A stretch of 64,000 nucleotides of DNA from an uncultured Candidatus Saccharibacteria bacterium (lineage in GTDB: Bacteria > Patescibacteriota > Minisyncoccia > Phycocordibacterales > DATGWK01), in contig CAYRZH010000001.1 of the NCBI GenBank assembly GCA_964428845.1, positions 138,990-202,989 of the forward strand. Direction: 5' to 3'. The notes below the pieces were generated by a model. The model saw nothing but the letters and a program-made list of their open reading frames with translations. It was not told where the DNA came from and searched no databases. Within the stretch, counting starts at the first letter, position 1, and every line of letters starts with the position of its first letter. This document shows, piece by piece, positions 9,639 through 20,138 of the stretch. The position numbers and the translations under genes were made by a program.

Positions 9639-11752
9639 ATGGCTGCGACAAGTAAGGGTGGCCAGGCCCTAAATCCTCTGGCAGATCTCGAGCGGGTGGA
9701 TCCCATCAGACCACCCTCCGTGAGCTATCCCAAAGACTTTACTCTTTGGGACCTCGATGTTCCGAAGGATGATCGTGTGAGGATCGTCAACGAGCAGGAT
9801 TTTCCTCTGAACGATCTTCTCTCGAGTTTGGGATTGTCGGATTCGCCCCTTCGGCCGAGTTTTGGCACAGCCAACTACGGCGAGCTTCTGGGTCGTTCTG
9901 GAGTAGTCGCCTTCTCTTGAGAAGCGAGCGGTTCCGCAAGTATGTGTTGGAATTATCTTTGCTTAGCGAAGAACTTCCGACCAACGAGGAACACTTCTTG
10001 CGGTTTTATGACCCGGAAAGGGAACACAATCCTTTCTGGGAGCAGGTCCATGCTTTCTGCAGCGAGGTCGACCTGGCCCAAAGCGAAGCTGGCCGAAAGT
10101 CTGATCGTCTCGATACTTTGGTATCCGCTCTCCGTGGTGGAATGAGTCTTGAAAAAATCGAAAGAAGAGTTGCCGATGTTGTGAGGGAAAGGGTTCAGCG
10201 TGTGGCCGTCATCGGTGGTATTCTTTCGTTTTCGATATCGGTCTGGCAGGAACAGGTCTGGCGGGAACAAGAGAAATCTCCGCTAAGGATCACAATAGGA
10301 CTCAAGAACCGTGAAGCCCACGGTCACTTGCGCTACTCCATGGCTCTAACCAGGCTCGGCAACCGTGACGATCTCCCTGAAGGTGGATTTTGGGGTACGA
10401 TTGCCCGGTACTCTGGCTACAACTTGATAGCAAATTGCTACAGAGGAATAAGATATGAACTTGCAAGACGCAAGGCAATGCGGGATGTGGTGCTTACAAC
10501 CTCTCCGCGGGAATTAGAGGCTGATGTGGTCAATTGGCTTGGTAGACACGTAGAGTCTCTCGGGAATTTTTCGGGAGATAGCAAGGGGCCGGCGGCTCCG
10601 CCTATCAACCTCAAGGATCTGAATGGGGGAGAGATCAAGGTCGCATTTCTGTATGACGAGAATGGACTCAAGGTGAAGGTCTACTCTATTAGCCCAGGAT
10701 CTATCAACGATCCAATCAATCCAGCATATTTTCTTCCATTTGATGACCATGCCTACAGTCCACCGCAGAGGAGGGCGATCGATCTTGCTCATGAAGTCTT
10801 GAATCAGGACTGGAAGGAGACTCTGCGAAGCTTGCTCTTGGGGCGCTTTCACGAGGCTCTCATTCGAGCCAGACCAGGGTTCTTTGATCAGGCACAACCA
10901 CCGTCACCGAAGACCGATAGGGTCTGCAAGTGGTATGCCATCAGAAACATGTACGGGACGGGGTCTTTGTGTGAGGCAGTGAAGACTTGCGAACAGTACC
11001 GCCAGTTCTTCAATTGCCACCTATCCCGCCTAAAGCAGGTCGCACGGATGGTGGATAAAATCTGCCTTCTTGCGAAATCCCACAATCTGCCAGTGTGTGT
11101 AGCCGAGCCTCTTCCCAACAACAACCACGTTGTCGAGTTCTCTGGCATTGTGCCTATCCATCTGCTGGACGCTTTCAAGGGAGATCGGACTGTGGCAGTT
11201 CCACTTTCACTCCCAACTCTCAATGGGCAGATGATCTGCCTCACGGGCAAGCATGGTGGAGGCAAAACGACGGCACTCATTTCAGTCTTGGCGGCTCTCT
11301 ACATGGCCCAAAGTGTCCTCCTGGCTTTTGGGGACCACTTCCGGTTCAATCCCAAGCGGGTTCTGGCATCGCTTCTCATAGAGCGAGGCAAGGGCTCAAC
11401 TGTGGAGTTGATCTTGAAAAAACTGAAGGAAATCCTGCTTGCTGCCAGACGAGTTTCTCCAAATGAAATGGTGGCCGTTATCGACGAACTAGGATCAGCG
11501 ACTCAAGAGGTTGCTGGTGACAAACTTGGGCGTCGAGTCATCGCCACCCTGGGAGGTAGGGGGGTAAGCATCATCTTCGCTACCCAGATCCAAGATCTCG
11601 CCCACTTCGCCAAAAGTCGTCTCAACGCCCACGCGTGTGCCATTGACCGAGATCATAGAGTTATGCCAGACACGATCAGTGATGGAGGTCTGGACGAGCT
11701 CTGTGATGGTCTTGGTGTAAGCCGGCTTCTCGAAGCCGCACCAAGCAACTAA
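9639..11752 (+). pseudogene. MutS-related ATPase split by an apparent 1-nt frameshift near 9915 (ORFs 9639-9920 and 9917-11752)
   Basis: GKHGGGKT Walker A, IDELGSAT Walker B, FATQ (cf. MutS FATH); SD before ATG 9639; second ORF overlaps the first stop and has no obvious RBS. Confidence 0.65.
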
Positions 11753-11771
11753 GTTCTTTTGTTAGTTTTCG

Positions 11772-11803
11772 CTCCGGCGCATTTGCGTCGGAGTTTTCTT
11801 TTA
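11772..11803 (+). terminator. Intrinsic terminator
   Basis: ctccggcgca-tt-tgcgtcggag followed by T-tract. Confidence 0.75.
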
Positions 11804-11933
11804 TAAAATAATGTCGGATTAGCACTTGACTTTATACCCAAAAAGTGCTAGAATTATACTAGATTTGAGGTGGCATGTGTCACCCCCAAAAGAACAAGCA
11901 CCCGCGCCAAAAGCGCTATAGAAAGGGAAAATC

Positions 11934-12332
11934 ATGAAGGGCAAGTTCCTGGGAATGGTGATGTTCACTCTCGTGGCGACTTTCCTTGCCGGCTGTGTCA
12001 CAGAGAACGGCAGGATGAGTGGGGGATATCGGTTTTTCTTCCCCCAGAACTCGGTGACGATCGTCAACAACACCAACGGGTGGATCGACGTCGAGCGGGG
12101 AAGTGAGCGGGTGGTGTCGAACCTCGGCCCTGGCCAGTCGTACACCATCAACCTGTACAACTTCTACGAAGGGGGTCCGCTTATTCTCGTGGCGTTGTGC
12201 CACACGGAGACCGGCGAGTACCTTGGGCTCGAGAGTCGGAGATTTCACCTGAACACGGGTTACCGCGGGCGGGAGCACGAAGAGTTTCTTTGGGAGGTAG
12301 ACAACATCCGAGCCCCAAGAGACCCACGCTAG
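11934..12332 (+). CDS. Putative lipoprotein, unknown function
   Basis: Signal peptide with LAGC lipobox; purine-rich SD; TTGACT/TAGAAT promoter upstream and hairpin terminator at ~12348-12381. Confidence 0.75.
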   Translation: MKGKFLGMVMFTLVATFLAGCVTENGRMSGGYRFFFPQNSVTIVNNTNGWIDVERGSERVVSNLGPGQSYTINLYNFYEGGPLILVALCHTETGEYLGLESRRFHLNTGYRGREHEEFLWEVDNIRAPRDPR

Positions 12333-12468
12333 AGACCAAGACCTTACGGGCGCACCAAACACGGTGCGCCTGTTCTTTTTTGTAAAAAATCTGTTCGCGA
12401 GAGAAAACCCCAAGCGAGGTAATATTGTCTATTCGAAAACCTACCAAGCGCCGTGGTACAATCGTTTT

Positions 12469-12924
12469 ATGCAGCACATCTCCGAAAGTGTTGAGGAAAC
12501 GGCAAGAATTGCTGGAGGCTTCGTTGAAAGTCTGGGGGCCACACCATCCAAGGCCCTAAAGGCCACAGTTGTAGGTCTCTATGGCGATCTTGGCTCTGGT
12601 AAAACTTGCTTTGTGCAAAGTGTCGGGGTATCGCTTGGTATCTCGGAAAACATGGTCAGTCCTACTTTTGTTATAGAGAAAATATATAAGATTGATCATA
12701 AATATTTTGACCATCTCGTTCACGTTGACGCATATAGGATCGAAAAAGAAGAAGAACTTCTACATCTTGGCTGGCAAGAGCTTCTCGAAAACAAACGCAA
12801 TCTAATTTTCGTAGAGTGGCCAGAGAAAGTTGCTAGGGCATTGCCGAAAAGTTTGATCAAAATAAATTTTAAGTTCGTAGACGAGCACACACGCGAAATC
12901 GAATTTGAAAACTATGAAGTCTAG
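12469..12924 (+). CDS. tsaE: tRNA t6A biosynthesis ATPase TsaE
   Basis: LYGDLGSGKT, SPTFVI, HVDAYR, VEWP; start moved to the ATG 6 nt after TGGTACAAT. Confidence 0.95.
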   Translation: MQHISESVEETARIAGGFVESLGATPSKALKATVVGLYGDLGSGKTCFVQSVGVSLGISENMVSPTFVIEKIYKIDHKYFDHLVHVDAYRIEKEEELLHLGWQELLENKRNLIFVEWPEKVARALPKSLIKINFKFVDEHTREIEFENYEV

Positions 12925-15334
12925 ATTTTCCAAAAGAATTGTGCTTCTTGATGCCCACGCCATTATTCATCGTGCTTATCACGCTCTGCCTGATTTTTCG
13001 TCTACAAAAGGCGAGCCGACAGGCGCTCTCTACGGTCTCTCCACGATGCTTTTGAAGATTATTAAAGACCTTGAACCAGATCAGATCGCCGCTTGCTACG
13101 ATCTGCCAGAACCTACACATAGGCATGAGGTATATGAGGCATACAAAGCCACGAGAAAGAAGATCGACGACGAACTCATTTCCCAGCTCGAGCGCTCAAA
13201 AGATGTCTTTACGGCTTTTGGTATTCCGATCTACTCTCTTAAAGGATTTGAGGCCGATGATATTCTAGGTTCGATAGTGGAAGAACTCTCTCCTGACAAA
13301 AGTACAGAAATAGTTATCGCCTCTGGAGACATGGACACACTTCAGCTCGTCTCCGGAGAAAAAGTAAAGGTATATACCCTACGAAAAGGTCTTAGCGATA
13401 CAGTCGTTTACGATGAAGACGCGGTAAAAACCCGTTTCGGGTTTGGCCCCGAACTCCTACCAGACTACAAAGGTCTTCGTGGTGATCCGTCCGACAACAT
13501 TATCGGCGTGCCTGGGATTGGAGAGAAAACTGCGAGCACTCTCATACAAAAGTTTGGAACGATAGAAAATCTTTTTACTATTCTCAAGAAGGATAAAGAG
13601 GCCGTGATAAAAGAGGGGATAAAAGAAAGGATTGCCGATCTGCTCCTCACACACGAGGACGAAGCCAGATTTTCAAAGACGCTTGCCACGATCAGGCGAG
13701 ATGCACCGGTTGAGTTTAGGCTTGAAGAAAAATCTTGGCAGGAAAATCTTGATTTCTCGCGTGTCGAGGCCCTCTTCAAAGAGCTTGATTTCAAGACTTT
13801 GCTCGATCGAGTGAAGGATCTGGTGGCGAGTACAAATGGGGGGGCGAAAGAAGATGGGGGGCTGGTCGTTGGCGATCAAAATGGTGCCGGGCGGCAAAGT
13901 ACCTTGGTTCAAGACGCTCTCGAACCGGCTCCATCCACGGAGGATTTTAAAAGAACTGCCTTGGCTCTCTGGGTTCTTGACTCAAACATGAACGACCCTA
14001 CACTCGAGGATATTTTGAGATACGCGGAGACTGACTCTTTTTCACAGGCCAGCGATGTCATTTCTACTAAACTTAAGGCGGCAGGGAAGAGCCGCGAGGT
14101 CTACGAAGAGATCGAACTTCCACTTATATCCGTCATAGACAAAATGGAGAAGCGTGGAGTGAAGATTGACCTTTTGTATCTAAAGAAACTTTCAAAGGAA
14201 TATCACAAAGCACTCGAGTTTCTGGAGAGAAAAATATGGCAGGCGGCGGGTGAGGAGTTTAATATAAATTCTCCGAAGCAATTGTCTGTAATCTTGTATG
14301 AAAAACTTGCGCTGGCGCCAAAAAACCAGAAGAAAACGGCTGGTGGGGCCAAATCTACCAAAGAGTCAGAACTAGAGAAAATAAAAGACGAGCACGAAAT
14401 TATCGCATCCATCCTCGAATATCGGGAGCTTCAAAAACTTCTCTCGACATACATAGACACCATGCTTGAGCGAACGGAAAAGGATGGTCGGCTGCGAGCT
14501 CGTTTTGTGCAGACCGGTACTACGACCGGCCGCCTCTCCTCGCAGGAACCAAATATGCAAAATATTCCCATAAAAACCGAACTCGGGAAGCGTATCCGTA
14601 ATGCATTTGTCGCGGAAGAAGGCTTTTCATTGGCGGGGTTTGACTATTCGCAGATCGAGCTTCGGATCGCTGCTTTTATGTCTGGTGACGAGAAACTTCT
14701 AAAGATATTTATGAGTGGGGGAGACATTCATACTGGTGTGGCGTCACATGTTTTTAAAGTTCCGAGAGAAAAAGTTGACTACGAAATGCGCCGCCGGGCA
14801 AAAATTATTAACTTCGGAATCCTTTATGGTATGGGGATCAATGCTCTACGCGCCAACCTCGGTACTACCAAGGAAGAAGCCAAGATCTTTTATGATGAAT
14901 ATTTCAAAAATTTTATCGGTCTAGCCAACTATCTGGAACGTGTAAAATATGAGGCGGCTAAGCAGGGTTTTACAGAAACGTTTTTTGGTCGCAGGCGATA
15001 TTTTCCAGGTCTTCGGTCGAAGTTACCTTATGTGCGTGCCGCAAGCGAACGTATGGCTATAAATGCGCCACTCCAAGGCACATGTGCTGATATTATCAAG
15101 CTCGCCATGATTCGTGTTGACGACTACATCCGAGAAAATTCTTTTGAGAATAAAATCTATCTTATTCTTACTGTCCACGATGAGCTTGTCTATGAAATAG
15201 CGGACGAGTTGGTTTCAAAAGTTGTTTCAAAGATTCATAATATTATGGAGAACATCATCAATCCAAAAGACTGGAACGGACTTCCACTTATGGTGAATTC
15301 AAGTGTCGGTAAAAATTGGGGAGAAATGAAATAA
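12914..15334 (+). CDS. polA: DNA polymerase I (5'-3' nuclease + polymerase; proofreading domain reduced)
   Basis: LRGDPSDNIIGVPGIGEKTA, TGRLSSQEPNMQNIP, DYSQIELR, AKIINFGILYGMG, LTVHDEL. Confidence 0.97.
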   Translation: MKSRFSKRIVLLDAHAIIHRAYHALPDFSSTKGEPTGALYGLSTMLLKIIKDLEPDQIAACYDLPEPTHRHEVYEAYKATRKKIDDELISQLERSKDVFTAFGIPIYSLKGFEADDILGSIVEELSPDKSTEIVIASGDMDTLQLVSGEKVKVYTLRKGLSDTVVYDEDAVKTRFGFGPELLPDYKGLRGDPSDNIIGVPGIGEKTASTLIQKFGTIENLFTILKKDKEAVIKEGIKERIADLLLTHEDEARFSKTLATIRRDAPVEFRLEEKSWQENLDFSRVEALFKELDFKTLLDRVKDLVASTNGGAKEDGGLVVGDQNGAGRQSTLVQDALEPAPSTEDFKRTALALWVLDSNMNDPTLEDILRYAETDSFSQASDVISTKLKAAGKSREVYEEIELPLISVIDKMEKRGVKIDLLYLKKLSKEYHKALEFLERKIWQAAGEEFNINSPKQLSVILYEKLALAPKNQKKTAGGAKSTKESELEKIKDEHEIIASILEYRELQKLLSTYIDTMLERTEKDGRLRARFVQTGTTTGRLSSQEPNMQNIPIKTELGKRIRNAFVAEEGFSLAGFDYSQIELRIAAFMSGDEKLLKIFMSGGDIHTGVASHVFKVPREKVDYEMRRRAKIINFGILYGMGINALRANLGTTKEEAKIFYDEYFKNFIGLANYLERVKYEAAKQGFTETFFGRRRYFPGLRSKLPYVRAASERMAINAPLQGTCADIIKLAMIRVDDYIRENSFENKIYLILTVHDELVYEIADELVSKVVSKIHNIMENIINPKDWNGLPLMVNSSVGKNWGEMK

Positions 15335-15335
15335 G

Positions 15336-16064
15336 ATGCTTTATCTCGTACATGGTACTGATAATGGGGGGGCTAGAGAGAAGGTCCATGAACTATTGGG
15401 GGTGCTTTCGGCTAAAAAACCGAACGCGGAAATATTTCGGGTGACGAGCGAAGATTGGAGTGATGACAAACTCACCGAGCTTATCGGTGGCCAGGGACTT
15501 TTTGAGAGGAAAAATATCGCTCTGCTCGATACGATTCTCTCGAGCAAAGAAACACTCAAAGAAATTGCCGAGTCTTTTTTGACACGCCTTGAGGAGATGG
15601 CTGGCTCTGACAACGTTTTCATTGTTCTCGAAAAAGAGATTGACGCTAAGGCTCTGGCAAAATTTGAAAAAAAAGCCCAAAAAGTCTGGAAGTGTGATAT
15701 CAAAGCTCGCACCGAGAAGAAAGATTTTAATGTTTTTGCACTGACGGACGCCTTTGGCCGCCGAGATAAGAAGACACTTTGGGCACTCTACCAGAAAGCG
15801 ATTTTGAATGGTTCCGAGCCGGAAGAGCTTCATGGTCTATTGTTTTGGCAAGTGAAAAGTCTTCTTGTTGCAGCCCAAGCAAAAAGTGCTGATGAAGCCG
15901 GCTTGAAGCCATTTGTCTGGTCTAAGGCTCAAAGTTTTCTAAAAAATTTTAAAGAGGGAGAATTGTCGCGGATTTCTTCGTCACTTGTAAACATGTATCA
16001 CCGGGCGCGAAGGGGAGAGGTAGATTTTGAGGTGGAGCTCGAGATGTTTGTGTTGGGGGTATGA
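15336..16064 (+). CDS. holA: DNA polymerase III delta subunit-like (short HolA)
   Basis: MLYLVHG start, GLF motif, FNVFALTDAFG collar region, ELEMFVL end; follows polA. Confidence 0.75.
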   Translation: MLYLVHGTDNGGAREKVHELLGVLSAKKPNAEIFRVTSEDWSDDKLTELIGGQGLFERKNIALLDTILSSKETLKEIAESFLTRLEEMAGSDNVFIVLEKEIDAKALAKFEKKAQKVWKCDIKARTEKKDFNVFALTDAFGRRDKKTLWALYQKAILNGSEPEELHGLLFWQVKSLLVAAQAKSADEAGLKPFVWSKAQSFLKNFKEGELSRISSSLVNMYHRARRGEVDFEVELEMFVLGV

Positions 16065-16065
16065 A

Positions 16066-16091
16066 AAAACGAAGGGCTCTCCCTTCGTTTT
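16066..16091 (+). terminator. Hairpin terminator after holA
   Basis: aaaacgaaggg-ctct-cccttcgtttt. Confidence 0.7.
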
Positions 16092-16242
16092 CCGCGATGC
16101 AGCTTTGGGTGAAATGAGAGGGTCGCGTGAACCCCAGCGTGGCACCTCTGGCAAGCTGCTATTTTTTGAAGATGGGTCGCGGTGCACCTTCTTGTCGCGC
16201 CACGCAGTTCTGCTAAAAATTGTATCGCCTTTCACATGGTTT

Positions 16243-16378
16243 GCCAACAGGACTCTCACGCGCCTCTCGGCTACGCCGCTCGTGTCCTGACGCGAGCACC
16301 TCAAGGTGCTCGCTCTGGGCGGACACTCGTTTGCGTGCCGAGAGAATATAGATTTCAACAACTCGTCGTGTCCGCCCA
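16243..16378 (-). repeat. Degenerate second copy of the tRNA-Lys trailer module
   Basis: Shares caggactctc-cgcgcctctcg, gtcct-hairpin-gctctgggcggacactcgttt and tcgtgtccgccca with 16921-17118. Confidence 0.85.
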
Positions 16379-16504
16379 ATTATACCAAGTTAGAACCGCT
16401 ATTCGTAGCTTGTACCCTGATCATTTCGCTGTAGTTAGGGAATGATATTCAATAAATAAAAAGAAAGGCAGCTCATGATGAGCTGCCCATTTCCTCCTTT
16501 AGGA

Positions 16505-16702
16505 CTAAGTCCTTGGTCTGGATGCGCCCCGAAAGGGCACCCGAACCATGCGTGATTCGAACTCCACCTGGTCGGAAATGGCGACTCTTTTGGAGCGCCC
16601 CGACCAAGTGAACCCGTTCCGCCTAAGCAAGCGAGTAGCTTCGTCTGCCAGACGCTGCTCCTGATTGCTCAAGGGAACACGATGAGGTGAGAGGTGTTTC
16701 AT
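16505..16702 (-). CDS. Small basic hypothetical protein
   Basis: 65-aa ORF followed by hairpin ggcagctcat-g-atgagctgcc at ~16467-16487; lies between the two repeat modules. Confidence 0.5.
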   Translation of the reverse strand: MKHLSPHRVPLSNQEQRLADEATRLLRRNGFTWSGRSKRVAISDQVEFESRMVRVPFRGASRPRT

Positions 16703-16920
16703 CTTTAACTGCCAGCGGGGATATTCTCATGAAATCCCGGCTGCGATGAAACACTGCACTGCGGAAACACCCCAACCACCTCATTTCATTGTCTGTGCGG
16801 TATAATAACGTATTATATATAACCTGTCAAGCATTGTGAAGCTAGATACTTTTAGAACCTCTAAATACTGTTGAAAGACAAGAACATTTTGGGCAAATGT
16901 GTGCTCAAAGTAAAGGGTTA

Positions 16921-17110
16921 TCCGCCCAGCAGGACTCTCCCGCGCCTCTCGTCTCGCCGTCGCTCGCCTCGGGCTGGGCACCGCCTCGCAGCCTCGCGTA
17001 CTCGCTCGGCATAGCTCCGGCGTTCTCGTCCTAACGCAAGCGCCTTGAGGCGCTTGCTCTGGGCGGACACTCGTTTACTTTCCTACCAAAACAGACGTTT
17101 TTACCTCGTG
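16921..17110 (-). repeat. tRNA-Lys 3' trailer with antisense and duplicated tRNA 3' end
   Basis: 16921-16937 is identical to 17111-17127 (tccgcccagcaggactc); inverted copy ctgggcggacac at ~17059-17070. Confidence 0.9.
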
Positions 17111-17183
17111 TCCGCCCAGCAGGACTCGAACCTGCGACCAAGTGCTTAAAAGGCACCTGCTCTACCAACTGAGCTATGGGCGG
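17111..17183 (-). tRNA. tRNA-Lys(TTT)
   Basis: CCGCCCA/TGGGCGG acceptor, anticodon loop CTTTTAA, T-loop TTCGAGT; CCA not encoded. Confidence 0.97.
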
Positions 17184-17295
17184 AAATGTAAACCAATGCT
17201 CAAAAAATATAACAGAAAAGTAGGAAAAGTAAACCGGCGCGGTGGGGGATACGAACGAGATCGTTATCAATACTGCCACGGCTGGAAAACAAAAC

Positions 17296-17700
17296 CTAAA
17301 GTGGAAGGTCGAAAGCAAAAAAGCCAGCACCAGAAAACAATAGACTAAGTGCAACGGCCGCGGCCAAGATAAATGAGCTATATTCGAGCCCAAGTCGAGA
17401 AGAAACGTTTTTTCTTTCTTTCCACTCGACAAGAAGAATGGGTAGAGAGAGGATCGCGGCGACTTGAGTCAGTAAGCCGATGGCTAGAAAAATCCCAATA
17501 ACAAATTCTCCAATCCCAAGCATCGAATCCTTTTTAAAGTTCAGTCCGGCCACTTGCGGTGCCGTGTTTGAGACCTCGGCACCTTTCTGCCTTTTAAATC
17601 TAATTATTCCAAAAAATACTATAAAAATGGCCAGAGCGATACGCAAAAGGAAAGGAGAAAGCAAACCGTAATTTAGAAATTCTGGAAAGACGCTCAACAT
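17296..17700 (-). CDS. DoxX-family membrane protein
   Basis: LLRIALA, GLLTQVAA, GAGFFAFDLPL. Confidence 0.8.
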   Translation of the reverse strand: MLSVFPEFLNYGLLSPFLLRIALAIFIVFFGIIRFKRQKGAEVSNTAPQVAGLNFKKDSMLGIGEFVIGIFLAIGLLTQVAAILSLPILLVEWKERKNVSSRLGLEYSSFILAAAVALSLLFSGAGFFAFDLPL

Positions 17701-17745
17701 AGGCGTATTGTACCATGTCTTAAAAATCTGTAGTAATGTGTGGTA

Positions 17746-18210
17746 ATGAAGGATTTTTGTATCATTCTCGCCGACATAAGGAGTGTGTATAACGTTGGGT
17801 CTGTGTTTCGTACTGCGGATGCTGTAGGGGCAACAAAAGTCTTTCTGACGGGCTATACTCCAGCCCCACTAGATCGTTTTGGTCGAGAAAGGAAAGATAT
17901 CTCGAAGGTTGCGCTTGGAGCAGAGAAAACTGTTTCTTGGGAGCATGTTCCAGATCCGGTCGTTCTTATAAAAAGACTTCATAAGCTCGGCTTCGAAATT
18001 GTTTCCGTAGAGCAAAGTGGAAAATCTATAAACTACAAGGAATTTAAACCGAGAGCCAAAACAGCTTTCGTTTTTGGTAATGAAACCAAAGGGCTACCAG
18101 AAGAAATTCTTAAGGAAAGCGACTCTGTAATCGAAATACCGATGCGTGGTACAAAAGAATCTTTAAACGTTTCCGTGTCGGTCGGTGTTATTCTCTTTGA
18201 ATATCTTTGA
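17746..18210 (+). CDS. TrmH/SpoU-family RNA methyltransferase
   Basis: NVGSVFRTAD, FGNETKGL, IPMRGTKESLNVSVS. Confidence 0.93.
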   Translation: MKDFCIILADIRSVYNVGSVFRTADAVGATKVFLTGYTPAPLDRFGRERKDISKVALGAEKTVSWEHVPDPVVLIKRLHKLGFEIVSVEQSGKSINYKEFKPRAKTAFVFGNETKGLPEEILKESDSVIEIPMRGTKESLNVSVSVGVILFEYL

Positions 18211-18216
18211 CGAAAA

Positions 18217-19122
18217 CTAGTAGCTATAGGTATCAACGATTTTACCGACAGAGTCTATGAGTTGAATCGTATCACGATCCTTGAGCCAGTTATTTCTTGC
18301 GGATTTTGGAAATACTCGCCACTCGGATCGGTAGAAATCTCTGTCATTCTTGTGAAGTGCCACACAAGCGTTGTAATTTATCTGGTTTCGAATGTAATAT
18401 TCACAGTCGTATGAGAGAGTATCGGGAATGTCGTTGGTTTCCGGTGCTTCACACTGTGGCAGTCTCTCTATAAAATCCAAGCATTCTTCGTTGAAGCCCA
18501 CTGAAAGCGGAGGTAAGTTCTCGCTCGGAGCTGGGCAAGCTCTTTCTAGGCTTGGCACAAAGTTTTCATTTTGATCAAAATATCCAGTGCACTTGTTTGT
18601 TCTAAAAGAAACATTTATCGGTGATGGTATTTGAGTTACAACGACTTTTCCTCTAGCTGGGAGGTATATAGGTTCCTCGTTTTGAAAGTTGGGGTAGGGG
18701 AGATTCGATGCTCCACCGATAATTTGTTCTGCACCTGTTATGGCACTACGCAACTTCCAGCCTGTAATTAGTATTGGTTCTTCGATTCTGTTTGTTGCCG
18801 AAAATCTTATGTACGATCTAAAGTTTCCCGGTCTCGACACCGTACTGATGCTGACCTTGTCTTTATAGACAGAGGCATTTCTGTTTTCAATGAACTTGTC
18901 TATAGTGATTTTCAAATCGTCAGCTTGTCTAGAGACTTTATTGATTTCTCTCGAGAGACTGGTCTGTCGTCCGGAAGAGCTACTGTCACCGTTGTAGATG
19001 CCACTACTGGTTGAGACGGGGTTTCCACTAAAGCCTCCTCCTTTGAAAATAGCGCCGCCAGTAGAAATGCCGATCACGATGATCGCAATTATTATCAAAA
19101 TTCCAACTGCGTTGCTACTCAT
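18217..19122 (-). CDS. Membrane-anchored Cys-containing hypothetical protein (lamin-tail-like segments)
   Basis: N-terminal TM; ITGWKL and DTIQLIDSVGKIVD resemble lamin-tail domains; start placed just after the mutM stop. Confidence 0.7.
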   Translation of the reverse strand: MSSNAVGILIIIAIIVIGISTGGAIFKGGGFSGNPVSTSSGIYNGDSSSSGRQTSLSREINKVSRQADDLKITIDKFIENRNASVYKDKVSISTVSRPGNFRSYIRFSATNRIEEPILITGWKLRSAITGAEQIIGGASNLPYPNFQNEEPIYLPARGKVVVTQIPSPINVSFRTNKCTGYFDQNENFVPSLERACPAPSENLPPLSVGFNEECLDFIERLPQCEAPETNDIPDTLSYDCEYYIRNQINYNACVALHKNDRDFYRSEWRVFPKSARNNWLKDRDTIQLIDSVGKIVDTYSY

Positions 19123-19123
19123 T

Positions 19124-20038
19124 TTATTTGAAAAGCTTTTGGTGCTCGGAGCAGAAATGTCCACTTCTGCCACCGACTTTTATCCTTGATATTGTACCAT
19201 CGCAGCCTTTTTTGCGGCAGTGTTCGCCTGTGCGTTGATAGACATTGTGCTTGTGTTGAAATCGACCCCGTTCACCTCGAATATTCCTGTAGTCAGACAT
19301 CGAGTCACCTCCAAAATCAATGCCCATCTTGAGAACTTTTTTCATGGCGGCGAAAAGTTTCTTAAGTTGTGCGGGTGGAATTTTTGACGGTTTCGAACTC
19401 GGATGAATACCAGCGAGCCAAAGCATCTCATCCGAGTAAATATTTCCAATACCGGCGATGAGAGACTGGTCCATCAGGATTTGTTTTATCTTTCCACTCG
19501 GGCGCTTCAGTAGGCGACTTTTAAAAATCTCAAAATTAAAATCTTTCTCGAGTGGTTCGGGACCGATATCCTTTAAATCAAGACTTTCGTGACGCTTTTC
19601 TGTTTCTATGAGAGTAACCTTGGCGAATTTCCGCAGATCAGAGAGAGCAAGGTGGCGGCCATTTGAAAACGTTAGCAAAAAATGTATCCATTTGTTGAAA
19701 GGATCGTCTCGGAGCGGACCGGTCTCGGTCGCGACCCACGTTTTACCCTTTTTTTCATATTTTCCATAAAGTAAATGTCCGGTCATTTTCATATGAACAA
19801 GTATGGTGTAGCCACTTGAGAGGTGAATCAGTACATTTTTTGCGCGACGAGTAACTGACGTGACCTTCTTTCCAACAACGTGGCTTTTAAATTTTTTGAA
19901 AAAGGCCGTGTCTTTTATATTCGACTTGCCTTTGTGGTAAGGGCCACCGTAGTCGGTCCATACGTCAGTGATAGCGAGGTGGGGGAGGACTTTTTGTAGA
20001 CCAGTGGCGGTGGTATGAACTTCGGGGAGCTCGGGCAT
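19124..20038 (-). CDS. mutM: Formamidopyrimidine-DNA glycosylase
   Basis: MPELPEV start, HMKMTG, GIGNIYSDE, C-terminal zinc finger. Confidence 0.97.
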   Translation of the reverse strand: MPELPEVHTTATGLQKVLPHLAITDVWTDYGGPYHKGKSNIKDTAFFKKFKSHVVGKKVTSVTRRAKNVLIHLSSGYTILVHMKMTGHLLYGKYEKKGKTWVATETGPLRDDPFNKWIHFLLTFSNGRHLALSDLRKFAKVTLIETEKRHESLDLKDIGPEPLEKDFNFEIFKSRLLKRPSGKIKQILMDQSLIAGIGNIYSDEMLWLAGIHPSSKPSKIPPAQLKKLFAAMKKVLKMGIDFGGDSMSDYRNIRGERGRFQHKHNVYQRTGEHCRKKGCDGTISRIKVGGRSGHFCSEHQKLFK

Positions 20039-20138
20039 GGTGGTGAAAAGGATAGCATATCTAAGTCTTTGATAAGCAGCAGGTTGCATTTGACAAAACT
20101 CGTTGGATCTATTAGAGTGCAAACGGAAATAGGCCAGC

